Below, piece after piece: positions 26,557 to 39,094 of a stretch of 64,000 nucleotides of DNA. The notes beneath the pieces were generated by a model. The model was not told the DNA's origin. It was given only the letters and a program-made list of their open reading frames with translations, and did no database searches. The number at the start of each line of letters is the position of its first letter. The first letter of the stretch is position 1. The stretch comes from Ylistrum balloti (lineage: Eukaryota). The position numbers were made by a program, and so were the translations under genes. Where the stretch lies: positions 1,116,001 to 1,180,000 of the forward strand of contig NW_026782462.1 in the NCBI RefSeq assembly GCF_031769215.1. The letters are read 5' to 3'.

Positions 26557-27719
26557 TTCTGGCGAAATGTTTTACCAAATAAAGACATTGACTTTACACA
26601 CCGCATAACCTGCATAAGATCATTTATCTAAGGTCCTGGCGAAATGTTTTACCAATTAAAGACATTGACTTTACACACTGTATAACCTGTGTGAGATCAT
26701 TTATCTACAGCCCTGGTGAAATGTTTACCAGATGAAGAGTTATACACACCGTATAACCTGTGTGAGATCATTTATCTACAGCCCTGGTGAAATGTTTACC
26801 AGATAAAGAGCTATACACACCGTATAACCTGTGTGAGATCATTTATCTACAGCCCTGGTGAAATGTTTACCAGATAAAGAGTTATACACACCGTATAACC
26901 TATGTGAGATCATTTATCTACAGTCCTGGTGAAATGTTTTACCAGATAAAGAGTTATACACACCGTATAACCTGTGTGAGATCATTTATCTACAGTCCTG
27001 GTGAAATGTTTACCAGATAAAGAGTTATACACACCGTATAACCTATGTGAGATCATTTATCTACAGTCCTGGTGAAATGTTTTACCAGATAAAGAGTTAT
27101 ACACACCGTATAACCTGTGTGAGATCATTTATCTACAGTCCTGGTGAAATGTTTTACCAGATAAAGAGTTATACACACCGTATAACCTGTGTGAGATCAT
27201 TTATCTACAGTCCTGGTGAAATGTTTACCAGATAAAGAGTTATACACACCGTATAACCTATGTGAGATCATTTATCTACAGTCCTGGTGAAATGTTTTAC
27301 CAGATAAAGAGTTATACACACCGTATAACCTGTGTGAGATCATTTATCTACAGTCCTGGTGAAATGTTTTACCAGATAAAGAGTTATACACACCGTATAA
27401 CCTGTATGAGATCATTTATCAAGGTCCTGGTGAAATGTTTTACTAGATAAAGAGTTATACACACCGTATAACCTGTGTGAGATCATTTATCAAGGTCCTG
27501 GTGAAATGTTTTACTAGATAAAGAGTTATACACACCGTATAACCTGTGTGAGATCATTTATCTACAGTCCTGGTGAAATGTTTTACTAGATAAAGATAAA
27601 GACTTACACACACCGTATAACCTGTGTGAAATCATTTATCTACAGTCCTGGTGAAATGTTTTACTAGATAAAGATAAAGACTTACACACACCGTGTAACC
27701 TGTGTGAGATCATTCATCT
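26557..27719. repeat. 71-72-bp minisatellite array (about 16 copies) with internal inverted repeats
   Basis: Unit CTGGTGAAATGTTTTACCAGATAAAGAGTTATACACACCGTATAACCTGTGTGAGATCATTTATCTACAGTC. Confidence 0.97.
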
Positions 27720-28245
27720 GCGGTTGTTAGTTTCAGGTTGTGACAAGTAGTACGGATTCAAATAAATTGTAAGCTGATTGATGATGTAATTTGCAATGTC
27801 TGTAGCATTTTCTACTAAAATGCATCTTGAAATGCGCATGTTCAACCTGGAGCCGAAATTGAAAATACTTAAAACATTCCAAATACAAAGTTAATTTGAA
27901 ATACGTTCGCTGGCGTGCATTGCCTTCAACACTGTAGAAATGTCGTTTCTAGCCCGCAGTCATATTCTATAAAGTTTCGGAAGTTTTAAAACAAATGAAA
28001 TGAATTAGTTCCAACTAAAGTATTTTGCCGACATTTCTAAGAACGTTGCTTATCAAAGACGGGCGGTGTATGTCACATTAACAGCGTTTGTACGACTCAA
28101 AATAGTTTCAAATAAAACGCTCATGTTAGGGTTTCTCTGCTTTGTTGATGTCTTCTCTAATCAGTCATTTTGACTGTCACAAATGTTGTCCTTGTCTGCT
28201 CAGCCTAAGGTAATTTTTTCCCACTTTTATTTTTATGGTATATTT

Positions 28246-29087
28246 TGCCTGGTCTGATTATGTGGTACAACTGTATCTACTGCCTGGTCTGATTCTGTGG
28301 TACAACTGTATCTACTGCCTTGTCTGATTCTGTGGTACAACTGTATCTACTGCCTTGTCTGATTCTGTGGTACAACTGTATCTACTGCCTGGTCTGATTC
28401 TGTGGTACAACTGTATCTACTGCCTGGTCTGATTATGTGGTACAACTGTATCTACTGCCTGGTCTGATTATGTGGTACAACTGTATCTACTGCCTTGTCT
28501 GATTCTGTGGTACAACTGTATCTACTGCCTTGTCTGATTCTGTGGTACAACTGTATCTACTGCCTGGTCTGATTATGTGGTACAACTGTATCTACTGCCT
28601 GGTCTGATTATGTGGTACAACTGTATCTACTGCCTGGTCTGATTATGTGGTACAACTGTATCTACTGCCTTGTCTGATTCTGTGGTACAACTGTATCTAC
28701 TGCCTGGTCTGATTATGTGGTACAACTGTATCTACTGCCTGGTCTGATTATGTGGTACAACTGTATCTACTGCCTGGTCTGATTATGTGGTACAACTGTA
28801 TCTACTGCCTGGTCTGATTATGTGGTACAACTGTATCTACTGCCTTGTCTGATTCTGTGGTACAAATGTAACTACTGCCTTGTCTGATTCTGTGGTACAA
28901 CTGTATCTACTGCCTGGTCTGATTCTGTGGTACAACTGTATCTACTGCCTTGTCTGATTCTGTGGTACAATTGTATCTACTGCCTGGTCTGGTTCTGTGG
29001 TACAACTGTATCTACTGCCTTGTCTGATTCTGTGGTACAAATGTAACTACTGCCTGGTCTGGTTTTGTGGTACAACTGTATCTACTG
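28246..29087. repeat. 35-bp minisatellite array (24 copies)
   Basis: Unit TGCCTGGTCTGATTATGTGGTACAACTGTATCTAC with G/T and A/C variants. Confidence 0.98.
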
Positions 29088-30298
29088 ATTTTTAACAGCT
29101 GTGTCTACTGCATTGTTCTTTGGTATATTACGTTGATTCCGTCGTAAATTTTTCTCTCCATTAAGGACTTTCTAGTATGTTTGAACTTGTCTGTATTTGT
29201 TGTACAATTTCGTCTGTTCTGCGGTGGTATATTTCGTCCTCTCTGTATAATGTTGTCCCGATGTTTTATATTCTGGTGATATGTTGATGTTTGATTTTCA
29301 GATTGGTTTAATGCTGAGTTGATCTTATTTTTGTAATTTCAAACGATAGTGATGATACAATCATTAATCTTGTAAATATGGACTCGTCAGTGCTTGGTAT
29401 TAGATATTGCTTATTCTGTACAGTTCCATCAGGTTATTCCTTCAAAAGAGCGTGAGTTTAAAGTGTTTGATAATACTTAATCATTTTTTTACTTGTTACC
29501 TAGTTTGCAGAACCGCTAACTAGTTCTTGCTTAGAATCTGACAGCGTCTGACTTTGAAAGCTAGTTTGTTTTTTCGACATCTTTGCATCGCTTGGTCATT
29601 TAAAATGTGTTGTACAATAAAGCAGTTTAAAGGTACCACAATTTATTGACGATTCATCAATCAACAGATTTCATCTATGTACTAAACAAAATGTTGCATA
29701 TTATATAAACTGCCTTCTTGGAACTCAGGTTTTTACCTTTGAATTTGTTTGTCATTGATTTAAATAATCGGAATTAAGTTCTGCAGGGCCAAACACGAGC
29801 TATTGATCTAGCTCCCGATCCTACTTCGATGAAAAGTGACAAGAACGAATCAAAATATACATTGTACCAGCAGTGCATATGTACTTTTCTGATGTCTGTC
29901 GCCATATATAACATGTAGCTCGTCGCCATAAAACTGTTATGCCAACAGTATCCGACAAACGACATCGAGTTGTGTTCTTCTTTGTCGCCGTTCCTGATTA
30001 TATGATCATATCTGATTCTGGTTGTGAGCATGAATTCTGGTCACAACGCACTTTGTAACCAATTTCAATAATGAAATAAATATTGAAAGGGAAATCTTAA
30101 AATTGAATTTCCAATTATGCAATTAAACTAATATTGCTCAGAGATTTTTATAATGCATGGCGTTTCATTATTTTGAGCATATGCAGGATTAAATGAGGAT
30201 AAAACTGAAAGCTCTGGTGGTAAAGTTGATCCCCGGCCAAAGTTTTCTCTGATGTAATATTAAGGAGAGGCAGCCTGTGAGCTTCATTTTCTTCTTGA

Positions 30299-30507
30299 TT
30301 TTGATGCCCTCGGATCGAAAGATCGGGGACATACTGTTCTTGTGCTGTCTGTCTGTTGTCAACTTTAACCTCGCCCATAACTACTGCATTGTAATAGGTA
30401 GGGCTTTCATTTCTAACATGTTTGTTCTTTGTGACAAGGCATTTCTGATGGTACCAAAATGTTTATACCATGTGAACCTGACGGTAACCTTTGACCTACA
30501 TCTGAAA
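30299..30507 (+). mobile_element. Non-autonomous Helentron-associated (HINE/DINE-like) element fragment
   Basis: A T-run is followed by the subterminal palindrome ATGCCCTCGGATC-GAAA-GATCGGGGACAT, a (GTCT)n microsatellite, then AACTTTAACC...GGGCTTTCAT...TGTGACAAG...GGTACCAAAAT...TTTGACCTAC. This matches from memory the common mollusc Helentron-type body. Confidence 0.7.
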
Positions 30508-31480
30508 GTAGCATGCACATGCATTGCACAGTACAGTTTTCTTGTCCAAGTTCTGCATTGTGTTGCAACCTGGGGCAAATTGTTTAATGATAACATCTTT
30601 GTTTTCTTTTGTTTTTTGTTTTAAGTGGAATTGTAGCTGATACTGGTGGCTGTCGCTGTTGTTCCTTACATACATCGTTCCTGATATAGCCTCTAAAGCC
30701 TCCATGGTGCATGGCCATGTACATGTAGCAAACTCACAGTACCGCCACCCCTACGCTAGATGGCAGCACAGATTCTACCGTTAAATTTTCAAGACATTTG
30801 ATTTATTTCAGCAAACAAAATCCCAGGAGACAAAAATTATCGATTTCCGATGAAAACACTAGCAATGTCTTCTGTAGACCGAACTCATCTCGATTGCATT
30901 CACAATCATGTGGGTCCATAACTTATACGGCCCGACTAATGTATTTGATGAAAAATCGGATTGCATGCTTTCAAATACCTTTTCCTTGTTATAGTAGGTA
31001 TGTCTCCCCATTAACCTTGACCTTGCCCTTTAGAGTATGACAGGTAATATATCACAAGACATGTCTACGTACATGTCTACGCTTCGGAATCGGTATCGGA
31101 TCGCAGTCTGATCGTTTAACATTGTACGAGTAAGACACAACTTTTTTTTATTTATTTGGAAAAGCTGTTAATTGTACGATTGTAACATTTTAAATAGATT
31201 ATAAATCAATTTGGTTCCAGCGTTTCTTGTCAAATATAAGTACATGTATCTTGACAGTTTTTATTTATTTTATTTATTTATTTTCTTGATTTATTTATCT
31301 AATGTCCATAGATGATCTTTGTATTTCTATCTTTACAAATGGTGTAGTTGTTATTCCAGATTCTTTCACAGACAAACATTACGCATACTTACAGCCATTT
31401 ATTGTCAAAGAATCAATGTCTTGTTTATCATAGAGACAAGGTGATCTACAACACTAGCTGAATACACGCTGAATCACCTA

Positions 31481-31837
31481 ACCTTTCAGAAGAGCCCGTA
31501 TGTAGATTCTTGTTCTTATTCATCAAGAATATGATCACAATACGTATATATATATATAAACTTTCAGAAGAACCCGTATGTAGCTTTCTGTTCCTAGTAA
31601 TCAAGATTATGATTACAATAAGTATTTATATATATATTTATATAAACTTTCAGAAGAGCCCGTATGTAACTTCCTGTTCCTGTTTATCGAGAATATGGTT
31701 ACAATAAGTATATATATATATATATTTATAAACTTTCAGAAGAGCCCGTATGTAACTTCCTGTTCCTATTTATCGAGAATATGGTTACAATAAGTATATA
31801 TGTATATTTATAAACTTTCAGAAGAGCCCGTATGTAG
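31481..31837. repeat. Compound tandem repeat, 5 copies of 78-86 bp with a variable (TA)n spacer
   Basis: CTTTCAGAAGAGCCCGTATGTA recurs at about 31483, 31561, 31647, 31733 and 31815. Confidence 0.93.
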
Positions 31838-31874
31838 CAACAATTGCAAGTTCTTTCAGCTGATGTAAGCGCGC

Positions 31875-31955
31875 GATGGGTTATACGTGATGGAGAACAG
31901 AGTACCCGGGGAATACCAAAGTGAGCGGGCAGGTGACTCCATACCTTCACACCTT
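31875..31955 (-). mobile_element. V-domain SINE-like fragment
   Basis: GGAGAACAGAGTACCCGGGGAATACCA resembles the reverse complement of the V-SINE central motif (GGAAACCGGAGTACCCGGAGAAAACC). Confidence 0.5.
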
Positions 31956-34132
31956 TTCGTGTCCTGTGTATATATGTAAATATGTAAATGCCAGAGTTGA
32001 CTAAAAACAATTATGTAGTATTTAACATTAATCTTTAACTGCATTAGATGTATATGTGTCATGCATGTAAGGAACGCATGCGCACATAAAGATCCCACAA
32101 CAGTTAGGCCTGAAGAGTCACTACTTACTAATGAGATGAAACACATAGAATAACCAGAACTATTGATGTATATTTATATATGTATTTTTGTCTACATTAA
32201 TTCTTGAATAGATATTCGGTTAATATCTCCAGGAATTGATATTATTCCAACAAGAGGAACAATTATCAAATAACCTTGAGTAGTTGGTGTGTATTATACC
32301 TGGGAGTAACATCGTAACATGACTGACTTTACCGCTAACCTCTGTTCGCCCTCTATACTTGGACATGTTATTGGAAGTTGATGAAATTTACTTCCACATT
32401 CCTTACATTTTTTTTGTTCTAATTACATTTTAACCAGACCAAATTAGGTTATACCCCTATGACATTCCAAAAGTTCACGGGTCTTTATGGGTTAACACAC
32501 GTGTATTATGGTAAATTGTATCCCAGCTGATCGATATCAATAGTTTAATTGTCACATGTTTTTTCCTATACGGCTTCAAATCACATCTATATCACCGTGC
32601 TTAAGATACATGAGATACATATTAGAGAGGTTAACGCGATTTTTATTATTTCTTTTTCAAGAGCAAGAATTTAATGGTTCATGTATGAACATGACGACAA
32701 ATGTCTACGAAAATTCACAATATATATATATGTTTGTCATGTTAAGTGATTAATTTTCTCTGTCTATACGATACACAAAGTTTTTATCTTTTTAAATTAT
32801 ATATATATATAGATATACATAATGAATAAAATTCCTGACATTGCATTATGTAAAGTCCACTTTGAGAAATTGTTTCCAACACGACAAATCATGGAGAGTA
32901 CCAGTTACACCCTTAATGATAGTAGGACAATATAGTAATCTACAAGTATGATCCATGACAGACACTATCACAGTGTATAACAGCTTATATTGGTTAATTC
33001 TAATCCTGTCAAAGTCGAACACGTCTGGGTTTCCAAGTGTTTGATGTGTATGATTAGGATTGGTAAACAGCTCTCTAAATTACTTCACCTTTGTTTTATG
33101 TAATGTGTGAATCTTTCTGAGTAGATCGTCCTGTTGTTACGTAGCTGTACCCTGTGTCTAATGGGTGAGGGTTTAACTTACATATTACCGTGATGTGTCA
33201 GTCACATTAAAGATATCGATCACACCAATTATCTAGAGAGAAATGTGTGCTGACGTCGTCAAGTGACTATGATGATCTAGCGTATTATGTCATCATAATT
33301 TGTTTAGTTACATTTAAACACGAGTTTGAGATGTTGCTTTCGCCTGCCAAAGTTCAAGGACATTTGTGGTTTGTGTTGTGTGCCGATGGTGAAGTGGCCT
33401 CGTTGTCATTACCTAACTAATGGAAGTTGACAGACGGGAGCCAGGCTTTGTTTTCAGAGTGTGATCCTATGTCATCGGCATGTTACGTTAAATTCCGTAA
33501 TTACGTTGACATCTCTGTAACGATACCATTGATTATGAGGACGAGAGGCGGAGGCAGCTGGGGAGAGGCCGCTATTACAATACATACAAACACTGATTTA
33601 ACTATAAAATGAGGATTTGTTCCAATTTCCCCTCGGCCCTAGTTGACAAACAAACATTTAGTGGTTCTAAATGACAAATAACTCCTTTTACCAGATGAAC
33701 GTGTACGATAAAAAAAAAAAACCCTTTATAATTTGTTTTGTACGTATCCGACATTAAACAATACAGGTCTATTCTACAAACTGTAGGACTTCAAATTATT
33801 TCATTACAATTTCATAATTTACATATGAAGAATAACTACATTATTATTACTACATAATACATTAACGAATAAGCCCGAATACCGAATAAACATGTGTTTT
33901 TATCGTTTATCTTATCCTTTCTGTAGTTACACATTTCAGTATTTGTATAATTATTGATTATGGAACTTTTTAAAACCATGACGCACATAAATGATGTAAA
34001 CCATCATTATTATGTAATACCAAGAGTAAAGTCATTGTGTCCGGGGAACTTCACACCTCACGTACAAAGTGTTCATATGTGGCTGACTGATGCACAAAAT
34101 ATCTGTAAATGAAATATGTCTTGTGTAAAGAA

Positions 34133-36174
34133 AATGTACACAGATGTTCCATGTAAACAATGCACACAGATGTCACGTGTAAACAGTGGACACAAATGTC
34201 CAATGTAGTGTAAAGAGATGTACCATGTAAACAGTGTACACTGATATCTAATGCAAACAGTGTACAAAGATGTCCCATGTAAACAGTGGACACCGATGTC
34301 TCATGTAAACAGTGGACACAAATGTCCCGTGTAAACATTGTACACAGATATCCCTTGTAAATAGTGTACACAGATGTCCCGTGTAAACAGTGTACACAGA
34401 TGTTCCATGTAAACACTGGACACAGATGTCTTATAAAAAACGCTGTACACATATGTCCCATGTAAACAGTGTACATATATGTCCCATGTAAACACTGGAC
34501 ACAGATGTCTTATAAAAAACACTGTACACATATGTCCCATGTAAACAGTGTACACAAATGCTCCATGTAAACAGTGTACACATATGTCCCATGTAAACAG
34601 TGTACAAAGACGTCCCATGTAAATAGATGTACACATAAGTCCCATGTAAGCAGTGTACACAGATGTCATATGTAAACAGTGTACACAGATGTCCCATGTA
34701 AACAGTGTACACAGATGTCATATGTAAACAGTGTACACAGATGTCCCATGTATACAGTGAACACAGATGTCCGATGTAAACAGTGTACACAGATGCCCCA
34801 TGTAAACAGTGTACACATATGTCCCATGTAAACAGTGTGCAAATATGTCCCATGTAAACAGTGTAAACATATGTCATATGTAAACAGTGTACACAGATGT
34901 CCAATGTAAGCAGTGTACACAGATGTCATATGTAAACAGTGTACACAGATGTCCCATGTATATGTGAACACAACTGTAAACAGTGTACACAGATGTCCCA
35001 TGTAAACAGTGTACACAGATGTCCCATGTAAACAGTGTACACAGATGTCATATGTAAACAGTGTACACAGATGTCCCATGTATACAGTGAACACAAATGT
35101 CCCATGTGTACACAATGCCCCATGTAAACAGTGTACACATATGTCCCATGTAAACAGTGTGCCCATGTAAACAGTGTAAACATATGTCATATGTAAACAG
35201 TGTACACAGATGTCCAATGTAAGCAGTGTACACAGATGTCATATGTAAACAGTGTACACAGATGTCCCATGTATACAGTGAACACAGATGTCCGATGTAA
35301 ACAGTGTACACAGATGTCCCATGTAAACAGTGTACACAAATGCCCCATGTAAACAGTGTACACATATGTCCCATGTAAACAGTGTACATATATGTCCCAT
35401 GTAAACAGTGTACACAAATGCCCCATGTAAACAGTGTACACATATGTCCCATGTAAACAGTGTACACAGATGTCCCGTGTAAACAGTGTACACATATGTC
35501 CCATGTAAACAGTGTACACAAATGCCCCATGTAAACAGTGTACACATATGTCCCATGTAAACAGTGTGCAAATATGTCCCATGTAAACAGATGTACACAT
35601 AAGTCCCATGTAAACAGTGTAAACAGATGTCCCATGTAAACAGTGGACACAGATGTCCGATGTAAACAGTGTACACAGATGTCCCATGTAAACAGTGTAC
35701 AAAGATGCCCCATGTAAACAGTGGACACAGATGTCGTATGTAAACAGTGAACACAGATGTCCGATGTAAACAGTGTACACAGATGTCCCTTGTAAACAAT
35801 GTACACAAATGTCTCATGTAAACAGTGTACACAGATGTCCCTTGTTAACAATGTACACATATGTCCCATGTAAACAGTGTACACAGATGTCCCGTGTAAA
35901 CAGTGTACACAGATGTCCCATGTAAACACTGGACACAGGTGTCTTATAAAAAACACTGTACACATATGTACCATGTAAACAGTGTCCACAGTTATCCCAT
36001 GTAAACAGTGTACACAGATGTACACAGATATCCCATGTAATCAGTGGACACAGATGTCATATGTAAACGATGTACACAGATGTACAGAGATGTCCCGTGT
36101 AAACAGTGGAAACAAATATCCCATGTAAACATTGTACACAGATATCCCATGTAAACAGTGTACACAGATGTTCC
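34133..36174. repeat. 26-bp minisatellite array (about 78 copies)
   Basis: Unit CATGTAAACAGTGTACACAGATGTCC, containing the palindrome GTGTACAC. Confidence 0.97.
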
Positions 36175-37136
36175 CTTTTAAACGAAAGTGACCGGATATC
36201 CCATGCTGACAATGTTAACATTGAAAGCAGATGTCTGTCCCAAGTTAACAAAAAGTGTACACACATTTTTGTTGTATGTACAGAAAGTGTGCCCAGGCGT
36301 TCATCTGATGACAAAAGTGTACATAAATGTCTTATGACAAGATCAATTTTACAGAAATTTGTCTTAAATATTTATGAAATAGCATTGTGATGAGACCATC
36401 CAAGACAAAGCGCGGGTTCTACTGAAAACCTTTTACATAAAACCAGCTTTACTTCAATTAGAGGTCTGTTTTTATCCGTATACCGGAGATTACATCATGA
36501 AAACATTCATGACCTGATCTCCAGTATATTTATAAAAAATAAACATACCATCCGCATTCTTGACTAATTTGAGTCTAAAAGTGTTGTAATTTTCATAATA
36601 TCAATGAAATTTAACAAAAACAAAGACCTGTACAGTTTTGTTGGAAACGTCCGCTCAAGTTTGTCTTAGCCAATCAAAACGTTTCTTTCAACCACAGATG
36701 ATACCACATAATTTTGTCAAGGAATTGAGCCTAATAGCATGTGCAAATGCCGGGAAAATACAGAGACAGTACTACTGACAAAAGAATCCAACCGCTCACT
36801 CGGAGAGATAGAATTAAAATGTACCGAAGTACTAGGGACAAAAAAGAAACCCGCAAGACAGAAAGTTTCATCTAATATAACAACCTCGTCAAAGTCCGTC
36901 AAGTGTCCCATGTCCAGTCCGTAGCTGACCACAACTCACGTACAGCACACATACATACGTACAAAGCGCAAACAACGAAACGCACTCGCGCTATACCCGG
37001 CATATGTACGGGTATACATGGACAGGTAAAACGTAACGCGAGTTTTACGAACAACATACAAGTAATTGAAAAACAACTAATTCAGTAATGTTGACCCCGT
37101 TACTGTTAAAATCCTTCTTTTTATTGATCACTGTAG

Positions 37137-37178
37137 AACACTGTACAAGAAGAACAGAACTGGTCAGGACAGATAAAG
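37137..37178 (+). CDS. Candidate 42-nt exon (NTVQEEQNWSGQIK or HCTRRTELVRTDK), gene unidentified
   Basis: TCCTTCTTTTTATTGATCACTGTAG acceptor and AAG|GTAAGC donor. A plausible upstream donor CAG|GTAAAA lies at 37025/37026. Confidence 0.4.
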
Positions 37179-37953
37179 GTAAGCATGCAAACTTAGTTCT
37201 TCACATTAAAAATCGTAATAATATTTTTTTGGTTTGGTTTGGTTTTGTATAAAACATTTTACCCTACACTAAGCCAGCCGTCACTACTTGATAAGTGACA
37301 GCGCTATTATTCACTACTCATATAAAAAGTAGAAGAAAAAACATTAATGTTAACGCAATATGAGTCAAATCCAATAAAACTAGCATTAACTGTGATAACT
37401 GTAATTTCCAATCGAGCATCAGTAATTAAGATGACTGATTAGTTCAGCAATTTTTCATAATAGTCATTAACGAATCTGTACTTTAAAATTTTCCACGGCA
37501 ATTTGGGTGCTAATGCAATAGGCCTATCGAAGAATTGGAGCCGTATTTTACACGGTTGGCCTCATATCCATCACGACAAATCATATCATTCACGGCAAAA
37601 TAAGGTTTCGATAGCAAAATTGTGCGGCCGTTCGGAAAGTCGCACAAGTCTGGCAATATGGCGACACTAACTGGGACACAGCACAACATTCTGTCATCTG
37701 AACTGTACCGTAGAGGTCAGCAAATATAGGTATATCTTCACAAACAAACTAAGAGTGCAATGTTCGTGAATTGCCATCATTACTGAGTGGAATCGTTTGA
37801 CTGGTAGGGTCCATCTCCTTATTAGTATCTATATCGGAAATGGACACAAGAAAACAGATTTTTTTTGCGTTAATGGTCAGATTCGATAGAAATAGCCTTA
37901 TTGTTAAAATACTTTACGACTTAACAAGATGGCACTATAGCAAAGTAAGTATT

Positions 37954-37985
37954 GGCGAACCCGCCGCAGGGTCACCCGCACTCGT
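37954..37985 (+). mobile_element. Possible Helitron-like 3' terminus
   Basis: GC-rich hairpin ACCC-GCCGCA-GGGT followed by CACCCGCA-CTCGT, one mismatch from CTAGT. Confidence 0.25.
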
Positions 37986-39035
37986 GAAGTGAGCAGAACA
38001 CCCGAGACAAAATCGTGCTTTCAAGTATTAGACAAATTGCTATTCCCGGACAGATCCGAATAAGAAAGAGGATTAGTGATAGAAAATCATCGTTTCTTAT
38101 ACGCCATATCATACTCTAGGAGAATGATTGTATTGTGTGATAAAGGGCAAAATATAGCAGATCGTTATATACTCCTCGATCGTTTGATAAAATTCAAAGG
38201 TGACTTACAAATTGTAACACATGAAAGGAAACATGCAAAGAATATAATTTGTGCGCATATTTTACTGTCAATCGTAGATAAGATCCTCTATTTTGATCTA
38301 CTACATACAAGTACAATATCTTAGTGTTCTCTATAATAGGTTTTGTCCTTCTTTAGCATATGTACGAATTACATTGTATCCAGGAATTCACTGTTAGAGC
38401 CTCGAGTCTCTCGATCTGGAAAAGGCTATTGAGACTGACGGGGTCTGCGCTTCAGTGACGACAACACTTGCGGACGTAAAGGCAAGAGTTGTTTACAAAA
38501 TTGAGTACCCTCCAGACGTCCATTGCTAAGCATATTCTGTCCAATTGCAACGAATCACAAAGCTATTCAGAGGCTTCATATATTGTTCTAAGGTAGAGTT
38601 GTACCATTGTACAACCGTTTGTACCTACGCGATTTTAGCTTTTGTCAGTCCCTAACAATTAGACATATATATTTGGCTATATAAGATATATGCCTATGGT
38701 ATATCTGTATACAGATCATTCAGGAAGTGAAAATGGTAGGCCGAATTAGCAATAAATTAAAGGAATCCTTACGAAGTGTTAAGCATCGTACGCTGTCGAC
38801 GTGTAATTCAACCCATGTCAATATTAACCTTGCTTGAAATAAGATTGAAAGGTAAATCGTACGTCAAGTTAGGACATGTAGGACATGAAGAATGTAAGCA
38901 GACAAGGCTAGATACTACACATATGAAGATAGACCAAATAAAGGACTCGCGAAGATTGTACACGAGACACAATAGTAAACAGCACAGTACAGATTTAGCG
39001 TTAGATACAGAAGAGCTAAACAATGAATTAAACTG

Positions 39036-39094
39036 CATCATACAACTATTTCGTCCTTCTAGGACTCGTCAGTGATGTTACATCATACAGTTGT
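39036..39094 (-). ncRNA. Hammerhead ribozyme with complete catalytic core (type I fold 39036-39077, type III fold 39042-39094)
   Basis: RNA: ACAACUG-UA-UGAUG-UAA-CAUCA-CUGACGA-GUCC-UAGAA-GGAC-GAAA-UAGUUGU-A-UGAUG. CUGANGA, GAAA, the GUA triplet and G10.1-C11.1 are all present, and stems I and II are perfect. Confidence 0.88.

Noticed and set aside
28246-29087. CTGATT(A/C)...CAACTGTA resembling the family HHR, and ACTGCCTGGTC resembling part of a twister ribozyme
   Set aside because: There is no stem II, GAAA or stem I, and the rest of the twister consensus is absent.
34051-36314. His/Cys-rich ORFs resembling zinc-finger arrays
   Set aside because: They come from a 26-bp unit cycling through frames and lack C2H2 spacing.
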